A DNA stretch of 64,000 nt, taken from positions 112,654,001 through 112,718,000 of the forward strand of contig OX597820.1 of NCBI GenBank assembly GCA_951406725.2, written 5' to 3'. Every line of letters starts with the position of its first letter. Position 1 is the first letter of the stretch. A program made the position numbers and the translations under genes. Source of the DNA: Octopus vulgaris (lineage: Eukaryota). Shown here piece by piece: positions 24,825-37,750 of the stretch. The notes beneath the pieces were generated by a model. That model was not told the DNA's origin and made no database searches. It was given only the letters and a program-made list of their open reading frames with translations.

Positions 24825-26289
24825 CGAGGAGTTAACAAACTCACAAAATTTTTTTGTGCGAATTTTACGAAACAAAATCTTAGAATTATAGAAAATTTGT
24901 TGGCCAGTTTGTTCGAGTTGCAACTGAAAAAACAACAGCAGCAGATACAACTGCAAGAGCAACCAACAGAAGCAACAACAACAAATAATATTACAGCCAG
25001 AATTGCTGCAATTACTGAAGCTGTCAGGAAAGTCCGAAAAAGTGTTCCCGCCAGACTATGTCGCGAATTCCATAACAGAGTTCAAATACGAACCAGACGA
25101 AAGAATTACCTTCGAAGATATGAACAAATCTTCGAGAAAGAATGTAAAGATTGGGGTGATGAGATGTAAAAGCGCTTAATTTTGAGAAAACTGGCGGCAA
25201 CAGAACACGAAGGGTACAGTAATTAAGTACTCCCAAGAAAACATTGGGACATAAACTTTAATGACAGAATAGATGTATTGTGTAAAATTTTCAGTGAAAA
25301 ACGCTCATTGTTCAACACATGTTGGAAGTGTCTGAAAAACAGTGACGAGGACTACACCTCTATGCTGGTAGAGTAAACAGAAACGTTTAAGCTGGACAAA
25401 TGAACACGACCTATGTTCAAATGCCTGATTTTTAAACAAGACTAACTGCCGAAAAGGATGCGGAAATTAGAAATAGAATTCTCGCAAAGCTGGAACAAAA
25501 CCAGGAGATAATCCTACCGCAAGTGTCAGAAGAATGCGAAAGGATAGTCAAATTAAGAAACGACATAGAGGAAATCGAACAGAAAGATTGTTTCCAAGTA
25601 AAACCAGTACGAAATAGTCAGAATCGAGATAAAGTGTTTTCTAAAAAAAACACGACAAAAACCAGAAAATAAACCCATGCTTTGCATGTAAAGATATACA
25701 CCCGAGGGAAAATTATTCATTTAAGAAAACGGAGTGTTTTCGTTGCGGAAATATAGGACATATAAAGACGCACTGTAGAACGATGAGAAAACGTTAGAAC
25801 AAAGGAAAAAGAATAAATAGTATGTCATCGGAAGAAATTGGTAATATAATGACGAGGAAATTCGTGAATGTGAAAATCAAAAATACAAGTGTTAAAATGC
25901 AATTAGACACTGATAGTGATATCACTATTATAAACGGAAAACGTGGAAATATGTCGGCAAGCGGAAATTGATTAAATCGAAAAAGTAGCACATGGTGTTA
26001 CGGGAAGAAGATTATATTTTTTCTGTGAATTCGTATGTAATATAACATTTCGAGATCAAGCAAAAAAGGCAAAGATATATGTATTAAAAGATTCACTTAA
26101 TCTATTCGGCTCAGAGTGGATGGAACTATTCGAAGTATGGAATACGCCCATAAGTGTTTTATGTGGAAATATTGTCGGTTCAGTCGATTGCGGCTGAGAG
26201 ACAGAAACAAAAATTTGCAGTAAAACAGAGAGGAACACCTGTATGTAAGACCACGATAAAAAGTAAACATAGTTCAGAAGTAGATGTTC

Positions 26290-26787
26290 CGTGGTCGAGA
26301 CTATACTTCGATTTCGCTGGTGCTATAAATGGTTCTTACTACTTAGTGGTAGTTGATAGTTTCTCGAAATGGCCTGAAATTTGTAAGTGTAAAAAAAAAC
26401 AACCTCCTCAACTGTAATAAGATACTGTCTGATAATGGAGCGCAATTTGTGTCTAGCGAATTAAAAAAGTTTTGTGAAACGTTCGCAGTAGAGCATATAA
26501 CTACGGACCCATACCAACCCAGATCTAAGGGACGAGCAGAACCCTTTGTCGATACTTTCAAAAGAGCCCATAGAAAATCGATTAAGGAAGTCACAGATGA
26601 GGTAGCTCTACAACAATTTTTAAGAGTGTACCGCGTATCACCAAATCCGAATACATCAGAAGGTAGATCACCAACGGAGCCGATATTTGCAAGAAAAGTA
26701 AAATCAGTCTTTGATAAATTTCTACCTGGCAAGAAAAGAAAAAGTGCCAGGGAAAACATAACAAGATTGGTGAAAAGGTGTACATGA
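26290..26787 (+). pseudogene. Gypsy integrase core (rve), frameshifted
   Basis: ORFs 26154-26417 and 26353-26787 together carry the D..D(35)E region. Confidence 0.85.
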
Positions 26788-27103
26788 GGGCATACAAGAA
26801 TGGAAAGCAAAGTTGGAAAGATGGCGTAATTACCAAATGCAAAGGTAAAATGATGTATTGGGTAAGAAAAGGTATACAAAAGAGATACAGGAACCAACTG
26901 AAAAAACGATTCACAGAAAGTGAACTAAAGAAGTTGGAGGAACCGATTGAATGGTTGTATGTTACACTCCAAGTAGCAACGCCGCAGCAGGCGATTGAAA
27001 CCAGGCGAACAAGGGAGAGGAAAAGGAAACACGGAGTTCCTGAAAACAGATGCCAAGCGCAAAAAATATCAAATTGTACGGAACACCAAAATCAAAAAAG
27101 GGA

Positions 27104-27344
27104 GGTGGCGTGAATAAAAAAATTTATTGCTAAATAAGATGACGCTTCCTAAGAAAAACTTAAATGGCACGCCCCTCCCCCGTAACGAATGGAATAACCT
27201 AGTCACTATAAGGAAAGAGAAGTACGTAGTAGGCGGTCAGGGACAGTCGTGTTTTACTGGTTTTACTAAGTATACTGAAGTGGGCGTTATAACAATCCAA
27301 CATTTTAAGGTTTATAACAGTTTTGTTAATTTTAATTTTCGATT

Positions 27345-27350
<6 letters not shown>
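27104..27350 (+). mobile_element. probable 3' LTR of the Gypsy remnant
   Basis: Follows the polypurine tract, starts TG and ends near TTGCA; no matching 5' LTR seen. Confidence 0.45.
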
Positions 27351-27375
<25 letters not shown>

Positions 27376-27619
27376 TTCCCGCCTCCATTCACTTATACAC
27401 ACTTTGCACGTTGACGGTGTTCATAGACGCCTCTTCAACACTATTTTTATCTCTTTTCCAGTCACCCCCAACGTTTCTAAAATGTGTGTCATGTGACCTC
27501 TCAACAGCAAGAAACCTCTTTTGTTCTCGTCCCTTCTCTTGTACTTTAACCCCCCTCACCTCTCAGCATGAAGCCGTCTCTCTCAATGTTCGTAGTCTTC
27601 CAAGTTGCATGATGATCTC

Positions 27620-27810
27620 AATTGTGCTGGTCGCATGAAAAAAAGCACACAGTACAAGCTGTAAGGCGATTGGCATTAGGACGGGCATCCAGACATAGTA
27701 GCGATGCTTGAACAAACAGAGGAATATGATGCAGTTCTTGGATTCGTCGGATCCTGTCAAACATCATCCAACCCAGGTCAGCATGGAACAAGGACGTTCA
27801 ATGATGATAA
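27620..27810 (+). mobile_element. RTE-tailed SINE (family D), degenerate 3' part
   Basis: TGGCATTAGGACGGGCATCCAG...CCAACCCAGGTCAGCATGGAACAAGGACGTTCAATGATGAT. Confidence 0.7.
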
Positions 27811-29162
27811 TTGTGTGTGTGTGTGTGTGTAAAACATTACATTTAAAGCTTTTGTCGAGTGGAAGATGTTGTCCACAAAGCTTACAAAAGGTTGTTTTCC
27901 GTTGAAACCAATGGGGTTGATATTCGCTTTGAACAGGAATTTCTGTTTGCATAGGCAAAGGGGAATTCCCTGGAACTCTACGATTGGTATCTTTGCCTGC
28001 TCACAACTAAACAGGCACCTAAAGCAATTAGTGAAAGCACGGTACATGCAACCAGGTCATACTTGCTTGCGAGTGACAGGTATGGTTTGTACGTGTGTGC
28101 GCGCGTGTTTGTTTGTGTGTGTGTATTGCGCATTGAATGCTTCAGATTTAACATCCAATATAGGAATAATAATGAAATTTATAAATAACCAGCACTCAAT
28201 TCCTGATTATTAAGTTATCCTTCGACTAAGCCACCATCAACACAACCTCAGTCAAACAACGGTCATAGCAAGTGCGCCTTGGTCTCGGTTCTGCTTGATC
28301 GTAGCTCACCTGCAGCTAAAACAACAACAACAGCTAGCCTCATTCAGTCAAATACGCAGCAAGTTCTCAGTGTGGTTAAAATTGCAGCAGTTTGTTAGCG
28401 GGTTCGAGCCCAGTGTGCAGCTTCATCGGCAAGTGTCTTGTGTCCTTTTTCAGTTATCTCAAACTGCTTAGTCGGAATCTATGTGGAAGCCTGTCGGATG
28501 GACTGCCTGTTCGTGGTCAGCAGACTTAATCTGGATAGCAGACCTAAATCTAAATATGATTAGCAGACTCTAATTTTCGGTTCAGGCCTCCTCTCTAAGA
28601 ATAACTCAATGGTTTGATACGCAGATTATTATTGTAGTAACTTTTGAATCGTCGCTTCCCCCCATTTTTCTTCCCTGCCAGTCTCAGACGCCCACAAAAA
28701 GTCAGGACCACAGTCTTTCATCATTTGATTAAGCCATAAAAAAGCAGTCAAACAAACAACTAGGTAACCCCCTAAAGAAACAGTCAGGTGACCCCTGGAC
28801 GAACCGCGTGAGTCCCTAAACAAATAACCTATTAATCCCTAAACATACAGCCAAGTAATCCCAACCAAGTAACCCCTAAATAAGTCAACCGGGTCTCAAC
28901 ACCAACCAAGTTGCATCAGTCTGCCATCCTAGCAATCAACCTTCAAAGAAACAGTCATACTATTAGCTGTAGACACTGTTATATCTGGTTTATGTCAGTA
29001 AGCCACTGCGATAACTATGAAATAGAAACCATAATGATGAATGATTGGTTTGATAGATCGATCAAAAATATAAACATGATATTAAAAGTGATACAATGAG
29101 AGATATTTTTATATAAGCAGGTAATTCGAGAAGAAAATGGGCTACACCATTCGCTTTCGTTT

Positions 29163-29214
<52 letters not shown>

Positions 29215-30224
29215 TAATACAAGTAAGTTCGCTAATAACGAAATGTAACAGTGATTAGCATCTTCATGTTCGAATCTGCTAGACCATATTAAGAATGAAT
29301 ATTGATATAATTGATTTGATAGTCGCTGCTTTTTAGGAACCTAAGGATTGATTTTCGGTTTCGCAGACATTTACAAACAATTGTCTTTTTTGTTTTTGCT
29401 GATTTCTATGAACAAGAGCCAAAATGCTTGTTAAATTCATTGGTCTAAGGTAACTTTGACTGAAGAAATACACAACAAGGTCGAAACATTGGTGTCCCAA
29501 AGTCTAGTTTGTCACTGAATCGAGAGTTTATGAACACACGTCATCTGAAAGGAGAAGTTATCGTCTTACGCATTTTGCCCCAGCTAAATTTGTCTTTTGT
29601 ATGCTTAAGGAGAATGTCTTTCATATGCTCTAAGAGTATTTTCTGAAGTAGCATTCAAATTATTCTATAGAGTTTTTAATGTATTTAGAGAAGGTCATTT
29701 GCTTAGCTGATGTGGTTTTCATAAGGTGGTGAACATTTATAAAAAAGATTTTTGGTTTCTCAAGGTCAAAAAGGCAGTAAATATAACCCATTGTGTCCAC
29801 CTCCAGCCATTTACATTTCATTAAACAGCTTTTATTACGGTGAAAGAAGTTTTATACAAATACGGTGTTACTACAGTTTCGTGAGGCACACAACAGTTTT
29901 CACATTGGGAACTTTACACTTTTTATCAAAACTAATTTAGTCATAACAATGGTTTCCAAATTGAGATAAATTTACGTCAAACTAGTTAAATTTCGACAAC
30001 ACTAGCAGTAAATTTACTGACTGTAGAGTTGTACATATTTAAAAAAATTATACCGTGTAGAGATGAGAAGAAAGTTTGAAGCGGAAAAATAAAAACAAAA
30101 TGAATCCCATTTTTCTGATTTTTCTATCGCTTTGGATTAAGCGATCTGTATTGTGAACTTCTTAACTATTGCGTAGCTTATAAATCAGACAAACGAATAC
30201 AGCTTGTCGCCATGATAGATCGTT

Positions 30225-30391
30225 AGCCACAACACATTTTTTTCTCTCCTTGTTTTTTCTGTGTCCCTTTCTGTAGAAGAGCGTAGGCTCGAAACGTAAA
30301 AGACTTTTTCTATTCCTGAGCGTTATACTAATACATCCGTTTGATTTGTGCACCACCTGTCTTCGTCTTTTGTTTTTTCGTAAACTCTCCC
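30225..30391 (+). mobile_element. Penelope-like pseudo-LTR fragment with variant hammerhead
   Basis: CTTT-CTGTAGA-A-GAGC-GTAG-GCTC-GAAA-CG-TA-AAAG (30267-30302); downstream TTCCTGAGCG..CTAATACA shared with 33541-33720. Confidence 0.55.
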
Positions 30392-31849
30392 TATATATCA
30401 CACACTCACGTGGTCGCACATGTTGATCCTGTCATTTCTTACCACACACGAACTTCTCCACTGGACTCTCTATCTACCCTTTACGGATTCTCGTTTGGAC
30501 ATTTACCTTCCAGCTGCACCTCTCCTACCTACGGATCACTGTGGACTCTACTTATTATTAAGTACCATGCTTTCGCTAATTATTTTCAGTGTCTATGCTG
30601 TCACGATCACCCTTTCGACTCCTCCAGTCTTGCAATGGCACATCCAGGAAGAGACAGCTGGAAGAAGAGGAGGAGGAGGAGAGATGGATGCATCAGTACC
30701 CAGCTGATACTCATTAACGGCTGGCTAAACTGGAACAATGTGAAGGGTTCTGCCAAGTTCTGGACCAGTTCACTCAATTCCTTCAATTTAGGATCACGGC
30801 CTGAATATATTATCATAAGAGGCATCAACACCTACATGAACATGGTTCAACCAATCAGATCATCTCGCGTGTTACCAAATAAGCCGTAGACTTGAAAGTA
30901 TGTTTTGTGAAATTTCCCGCCAAATTGTTCAGTTGAAGGTTCTAGAAGCTTGACTGAATGTTATAAAAAGTTAGGCTATTAAACTTCCACCTACAACATC
31001 GGGTGCTACAAAGAGTTCTGTCGGTCTGTTTTGTGATAACGTGTTCTGACTCTTTCTGCCTTTAATAACCATGAATGATTTGCTTATAAATGACTTGTAA
31101 CTACTACATTCGCTACCTACTGCTTTATTCAAATAATCATTGCACATTGGAAACTTATACAAATATTAGTATGATCATTTCCGTTTTCACATACAGCCTA
31201 CCTAATATTGTGTACTACCAACGACGAATTAATGACTTAAAACCCCACCTAAAAAAGTGATGTACCCAAAGGCATAACTCGCTACCTGGTTCAGGAACTG
31301 AAACCACGACATTATGATCGAGAACCGACTACCCTACCTACAAGGCAACAATCTCCTTCACGGTGTTGCTAATAGAATAGTTCCATCAAGATTTTGTTTT
31401 TGATAGTTGTTAATTCAATGCACAAATAAATGAGATTACTTTGTAATGTTGCTATTTCAATTGTTATTTGAACTTAAAAATAATAATGTTTAAGAAGAGA
31501 GGTCATTTAAATTTTCCTGTTTGTCAGTAGTTTTATTAATGGTTCTTGTGTAAACTCTAATTACTGAACACAACGGAGTGGGAGTAAATTTACTCTCAGA
31601 AAGTTGTCAGGGGCCAAACTGAATGCACAAAAGGTTAGCAACCTCTGACTAATTAATACATTCGGTTTCTGTAGTCAAAGTTAACACGTCAGTTTTCGCA
31701 ACAGCTGTACATTCATTTTTTTTTTCTTTCTTTCAAGGAAATTTTCCGAGCACTTGCTGGAAATTTCCGTTTGTGGTTGTTTCTCACTCGAAAAAATATT
31801 TCGTACATACACAATTTTTGGTTATTTTTATAAATGATACTCCTTATAA

Positions 31850-32392
31850 TCGGAATCGATAAAATAAGTACCAGTCAAGCATTGGGCTGAATGTAATCAA
31901 CTTTACCCTCTCCCTAAAATTACTGTCCATATGTCAAAGTTTGAAACTATTATTGTTGAGGCAGTGACCTGGTAGAATCGTCAACATGCAGGGCAAAATA
32001 CTTATTGACATTTCGTTCGTCTTTACGTTAAAAGTTCAAATTCCGCTGAGATCGACTTCGTCTTTCATCCCTGCGGCGTCAATGAAATAAGTATCAGCTG
32101 CGCGCTCGGGTCGATCTAATCGGTTATTCCACTCTACCAAAATTTTAGGCATTGTGTCCAGAGTTGAGAGGATTATTAAAAGGCAAGCTTGCCGAATCGT
32201 TAGTGCATTGAACAAAATGCTTAGCGGCATTTCCCTTCGATTATTAACATTCTGAGTTCAAATTTCGCCGAGGTCGACTTTGCCTTTCATACTTTGGGAA
32301 TCGATAAAATAAGTGCAAATCGGTGGGTGGGGTGGGAGTCAATGTAATCGACTTACTCCTTCGCTAAAATTGCTGGTCTTGTGTCGAAATTA
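31850..32392 (+). mobile_element. three tandem SINE family A copies
   Basis: TCGATAAAATAAGT / GAGGTCGACTTTGCCTTTCAT cores at ~31856, ~32047 and ~32270. Confidence 0.8.
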
Positions 32393-33228
32393 TATATTCT
32401 TCAAATTGTTTCGGCTTTAAAGCTAGGGCACCACCGTTTAGAATTAGGATCATTATTAGATTCGCAAATAAACGACGGCAAGATTACGATAGTACAACAG
32501 AAAACGAAGCGTCTGAAAATGGGTGAGCATCGCCCGTCTAACACACGTGCCATCAATGCAAGGAATGTTTGTGAGTTTATATTTATGTATAGCCTATGTA
32601 TTTGTTTATTAATAGCCACCAGAATTATGTCAGTTCATTTTAAATTTGAAATGAAGAGTAAACAAACTGTTTTGCTTAACGTTTAAGAGCAACAATAAAT
32701 AAGGACAGCAACTTGAACTATGTTAAGATTTATTGTAAACAGACAACAAAAAATTATCTACACTGAATTTAAAAGTGCACGAGAGCAGCTGCTTGGGAGG
32801 AAAAGGCAGCCAGAAATGAAGTGAGAGTTGAATGAGGTCACCAATCTCTCTTTTTCTCTCTCTCTCTCTCTTACTCTCTCTCGCTCTCTCTTATTCTCTC
32901 CCCCCCTCTCTCTCTCTCTCACTCATTCACTCACAGACACTCCCACACAGTTTGGCCTAAATAAATCAAGTAGCAACAAGAACACGTAACTTAAAGGTTT
33001 CCTTTTTCTTTTCACTACCATAATAAGTCCAACACTTAAGAGTCCAGTTTTGACCAAAGGTAAGACGAGTACAAGTTCACTATGCACACACACGCATACA
33101 TACAAACATGCATACGCACGCACTCACACAGAGACACAGACAGACACACACACACACACACAGATGCATTCTTAAATTTATTGACAAATACTTATATACG
33201 TACATATATGTTTCTCTCTCTCTCTTTC

Positions 33229-33269
<41 letters not shown>

Positions 33270-33540
33270 CCTGCCTTGTGTCCAGTGCGTGTCTCTGTGC
33301 CTCACACACGTGGACAGGCATACGTCTACACTTACACATATTCAGTTTGGTCAGATAAACAAGTTCGTAGTAACATCGCTAATTGCCCCTCATCCTCCAT
33401 GACACAGTTTCTAGATGATGTAAGGAATGTGGAGGCTTTCGCACGAGAAATAAAAGCGCGGTAACATTTGCTCAATGTCTGTATAGTACGCATGCCATGC
33501 GTAGATGATATATACATACATATATTTATGCACACACACA

Positions 33541-33717
33541 TTCAGAGGAAGAACAAACACAAAAAAAAACGACAACGCGAGGACGTGGTACGTGTAATGT
33601 ATTAGTAGGCGCTCAGGAAAGGAAAGAAAGATGGTTTAACGTTTCGAGCCGACGCTCTTCTTTGGAAACAGAGGAAAGTCCAATAGAAGGAAGACAGGAA
33701 GAAAATCGCCAACGATT

Positions 33718-33720
<3 letters not shown>
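33541..33720 (-). mobile_element. Penelope-like pseudo-LTR fragment with decayed hammerhead
   Basis: Minus strand: GTTT-CCAAAGA-A-GAGC-GTCG-GCTC-GAAA-CG-TT-AAAC (33669-33634). Confidence 0.55.
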
Positions 33721-33751
<31 letters not shown>

Positions 33752-33756
<5 letters not shown>

Positions 33757-34089
33757 CAAAATTAGAGAATGGAGAAACATATTAAACAATAAAACATCAT
33801 ATCATGATCCAATCCATACTTTAATACACATTACATATGAGTAAGCATTATACAAAATGAGATATACAGTAATAGTAAAAGATAAAGAATATAGTAAAAA
33901 TTTCAAATATCATATTATATTTGAAATTTTTTACTTATATCTCTTTATCTTTTTACTCATTTTATCATTTTATCTCATTTTGTATAATGCCTTTACTCAT
34001 ATGTAATGGTGTATTAAAGTATGGATTGTATCATCGGTTGATGTTTTATTGATTTAAGTATGTTTCTCCATTCTCTAATTTTTAGTATT
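33752..34089. repeat. ~160-bp-arm AT-rich palindrome (fold-back), segment bounded by (TA)n tracts
   Basis: Arms 33752-33910 and 33917-34089; the right arm continues unpaired to ~34260. Confidence 0.8.
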
Positions 34090-34258
34090 AATTTACGGTA
34101 ATATTATTACCTTTACCCATATAATACAATAGATGAACTGATTGTTTGACAATTTTTAACATCTATGTATTAATCTTGTTGGGTACCTATCTGGCAGTAT
34201 ATTGGATATATATTATCCCATGGTGGGTTGAATTTTCAACCCCTATCTCATTTTATAA

Positions 34259-34349
<91 letters not shown>

Positions 34350-34544
34350 GTATTTATATATGTATGTATATAAGGACACAGGAAAAATGTGTCAAAGCCA
34401 TCAGGAGGCGTCGATGCTTCCTAGGGCTAAACAGCGGTGGTGTACCCCCCTACTGTCGCGTTCATGTTAGATTGACAGTATACAACCATTCTATCGCCCC
34501 ACCACCGTACATATCTCTACGAGAGATTTAGAAATTTAATATTT

Positions 34545-34597
<53 letters not shown>

Positions 34598-34599
<2 letters not shown>

Positions 34600-34833
34600 A
34601 AGAGCGTAACATTGTAATACTTCATGTAAAGAAAATATAACAAATGAAAAATCCTTCACGAATCCATAAAAATTCCCGAATCACTACCAAAATTTCATCA
34701 TCTGTTCCTTGTGTCACTACCAACTTTTCCTGCAAGTTTCATTAAATACCGTTCACAACTTTTTGAGTTATTTAGCACACAGACGGACAAACCAACGCCA
34801 ATGAAAACAACCTCCTTCCTTGGCAGATGTAAT
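34598..34833 (-). mobile_element. HINE/Helentron-like non-autonomous element (degenerate)
   Basis: ACAGACGGACAAAC..GAAAACAACCTCCTTCCTTGGCAGATGTAAT end, same architecture as 9951-10300. Confidence 0.55.
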
Positions 34834-35357
34834 AGCAACACTTGATTGAAAGCCCTGCCTTTATTCTCTAATATTTTGTGACTACATGTCTATCAGTATA
34901 AAGTGTCTTTTATTATACCTCAATGACTTCTGCTCCTCTGGCTGATGGTATACCATGTAGAGCCAAGCATCATTTAAGATATACCTATTTCTTTATTTCC
35001 TATAGCCCAACAATGTAATGGGTCACTCATTCAAGACTTCCGTACTAAATACTAGTTTTGAAACCTTCTTTCACAGAATGGAACCTTTCTGGATCTCCCT
35101 TACAAATATTTTTCTTCTTCATCACTTAATATGAAACATGACCACTGGGTGAATAAGGGATACAATGAGAAACTCAAAAGCAACATGTAAAAACTTGTTT
35201 ATATGAGTAATCTGGGGATCAACCCAATTTAATGATCTTCACTTATAATGAAATATTTGTGAAACATCAGATAAAAGTATTTTCCCCAACATCAAATGGC
35301 CTAAGAAGGCTATTCGGTTTGTTCTGTTTGATGTCTCATAAATATTAAGCCCTCTGT

Positions 35358-35977
35358 GGGAAGCCTCCAGCCACGGCATGCCAGTGAAATCTTGTTGCTA
35401 TGATATATAGAATATCAGCATCTGATGTCGCAAATAGCTAGCAGGCTTATTAAAATTTAATTGTTAATAATGGAAGCAGTATTAATACCAAAAAGGTTAT
35501 CTTTATATCCAACTTAACATGGATCTCTTGTGAGAACCTTAAAGACTGTGTTATTAGCCTTGTGACAGTCCTCTTATATGGGACCTTGGTGCATAGCAGT
35601 ACACACATAGGTCACAGCAGGTGATAATTGTCTGTCATGAGCACCAGAAGATGATTTCCAATGCAATGAAATCATGCGATAGGGAAATCCCAGTGCCCAT
35701 AACAGATGTCAGCTAGGGTCTGTGTGCTTTTATGCACTAAGCACCTATGTGAGAGGATCTCTCAAGGCCAACAATACAGTGTTCGGTGTTCTAACAAGGC
35801 ATCCATGTTAAGTTGGATATAAAGATTATCTTTTAGTATTAATACTGCTTCCTTTGCTAATAATTAATTTTTAATAAGCCTGCTTGCTATTTGTGACATC
35901 AGTACCTGAAAAGATGCTGGTATTCTAGATATTGTAGCAGCGAGATTTGACTAACATGCAGTGACCGAATGCTTCCC
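35358..35977. repeat. long imperfect inverted repeat (arms 35358-35537 and 35788-35977)
   Basis: e.g. ATCTTTATATCCAACTTAACATGGAT versus ATCCATGTTAAGTTGGATATAAAGAT; third diverged partial copy at 36126-36212. Confidence 0.8.
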
Positions 35978-36624
35978 ATTGATGGTTTCCATTAGAATGA
36001 AATTATGTGAAATAACAACTCCAACACCCACGACAGGTAAATTACACCTGCTTTAAACTATGGATGTACTTTTATGCACCAAGCACCTGTACGAGAAGAC
36101 CATTCCAGACAAATGATGCAGAATTTGGTGTTCTAACGAGGCATACGTGTTTAGCTGGATGTAAATATTACCTTCTGGTATTTATATTGCTTCTATTGCA
36201 AATAATTAATTCTTCACACACACACACACAACAAACCCATCATAAACTAGAAATCTCTGAACAATTATAATCTTACTATAAATAGAATCCCAATGAAGGA
36301 CAATCACACATTACCAAAGTATGGTGTATCATATACAACACCACTGTAATCAAGAAACCAAGAACTCTCTAAACAAGGTTAACTCTACAAGAACTGGAAT
36401 TTCAATGAGAGACAATTAGATTCATGGGAACACCAGATACAAAAGGTTCACAGTTAACAAGACACACACAAAAAGAAAGCACATCAAACATATACATCTC
36501 TTTTTCAGCTGCCTAACAGATATCATTATGGTTTACACACACACACACAGTGTACTGTACTGTTTGTTGGTAGGATCAGCAAAACACCTCTGAATTCAGC
36601 GAGACATAAATATCATTTAATGAA

Positions 36625-36659
<35 letters not shown>

Positions 36660-36957
36660 GATTACAGTCTAATGACTGAAACTAGGGAACTATATATATA
36701 TATAATATAAATAATATATAAATATATGCATATATACATACATATATGTACATACCTACATATATATGTATATATACATGCATATATAGGTACAGGACAT
36801 CAAAAACACGTTGAACACAATGAAAAGCGAAAACATAAAAACAAAAACATTGAAACAAACTTTTTTTCAAACAATGAAAAAAACAGAGAAACAAGACATA
36901 CAACACAAGGAATATTCCCCTTCTTCAGTTGTCCCTGTTTCATCTACTCTGTGTTTA

Positions 36958-37750
36958 GGTGCAGGTGTGACTGTAGTAAAAAGTTTACATTTCAACCACA
37001 TGGCTCCAGGTTCAGTCCAACTGCATGGCATTCTGGGCAAGTATCTTCTCCTATAGCCTAGGATTGACCAAAGCCTTCTGAGTAGATTTGGTAGATGGAA
37101 ACAGAAAAAAGCCCACTGTATAAATACGTATATACAATCAAAAATCAAATTCGATGACTGGCGTCCGTGCTAGCAGGGTGCAAAGAGCACCATACGAATG
37201 TGATCATTGACAGAGCGGCTAACTGGCTTCAGTACCAGTGGCACTTAAAAGGCACCATTCGAGTGTGATCATTACCAGTGTCGCGTTACTGGCACCCGTG
37301 CTGGTGGCATGTGTAAAAGATTCGAGCGAGGTCATTGCCAGTGCTGCCTGACTGGCCCGGTGCCAGTGGCACGTAAAAAGCACCCACTACACTCTCGGAG
37401 TGGTTGGCGTTAGGAAGGGCATCCAGCTGTAGAAACTCTGCCAGATCAAGATTGAAGCCTGGTTCAGCCATCTGGTTCGCCAGCCCTCAGTTATACGTCC
37501 AACCCATGATAGCATGGAAAGCAGACGTTAAACAATGATGATATATATGTGCGTGTGTGTGTCTTTGTGTATGTGTTTGTTTTCCACCATCGCTTGACAA
37601 CTGGTATTGGTATGTGTTTATGCACCTATAACTTAGTGGTTCAGCAAATGAAACTGATAGAATAAGTGCCAGGCTTGGGGCTGATTTCTTCAACTAAAAT
37701 TCTTCAGGGCAGTGCTCCAGCATGGCCGCAGTCCAGTGACTGAAATTAGT
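36958..37750 (+). mobile_element. SINE family C interrupted by a family D SINE
   Basis: C head at 36958-37135, C 3' half at 37542-37750. Confidence 0.8.
37136..37541 (+). mobile_element. RTE-tailed SINE family D
   Basis: Internal GTGC(C/T)(A/G)GTGGCAC repeats, TGGCGTTAGGAAGGGCATCCAGC, tail CCAACCCATG.TAGCATGGAAAGCAGACGTTAAA..ATGATGAT. Confidence 0.85.

Larger units (their letters stand above)
24825..27350 (+). mobile_element. Ty3/Gypsy LTR retrotransposon remnant (gag-protease-integrase; RT/RNase H deleted)
   Basis: Gag RRYEQIF..KRLILRKL..EHE..F..SLF; CCHC knuckle CFRCGNIGHIKTHC (~25736-25777); protease MQLDTDSD (~25898-25921); integrase PWSRLYFDFAG..VVDSFSKW, SDNGAQF, PYQPRSKGRAE; polypurine tract AAAAAAGGGAGG before TG at ~27104; many stops and frameshifts. 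Confidence 0.9.

Noticed and set aside
36795-36957. Minus-strand GAAAC..CTGAAGA-AGGGGAATATTCCTT
   Set aside because: No GAAA follows the hairpin and there is no UH site or stem I
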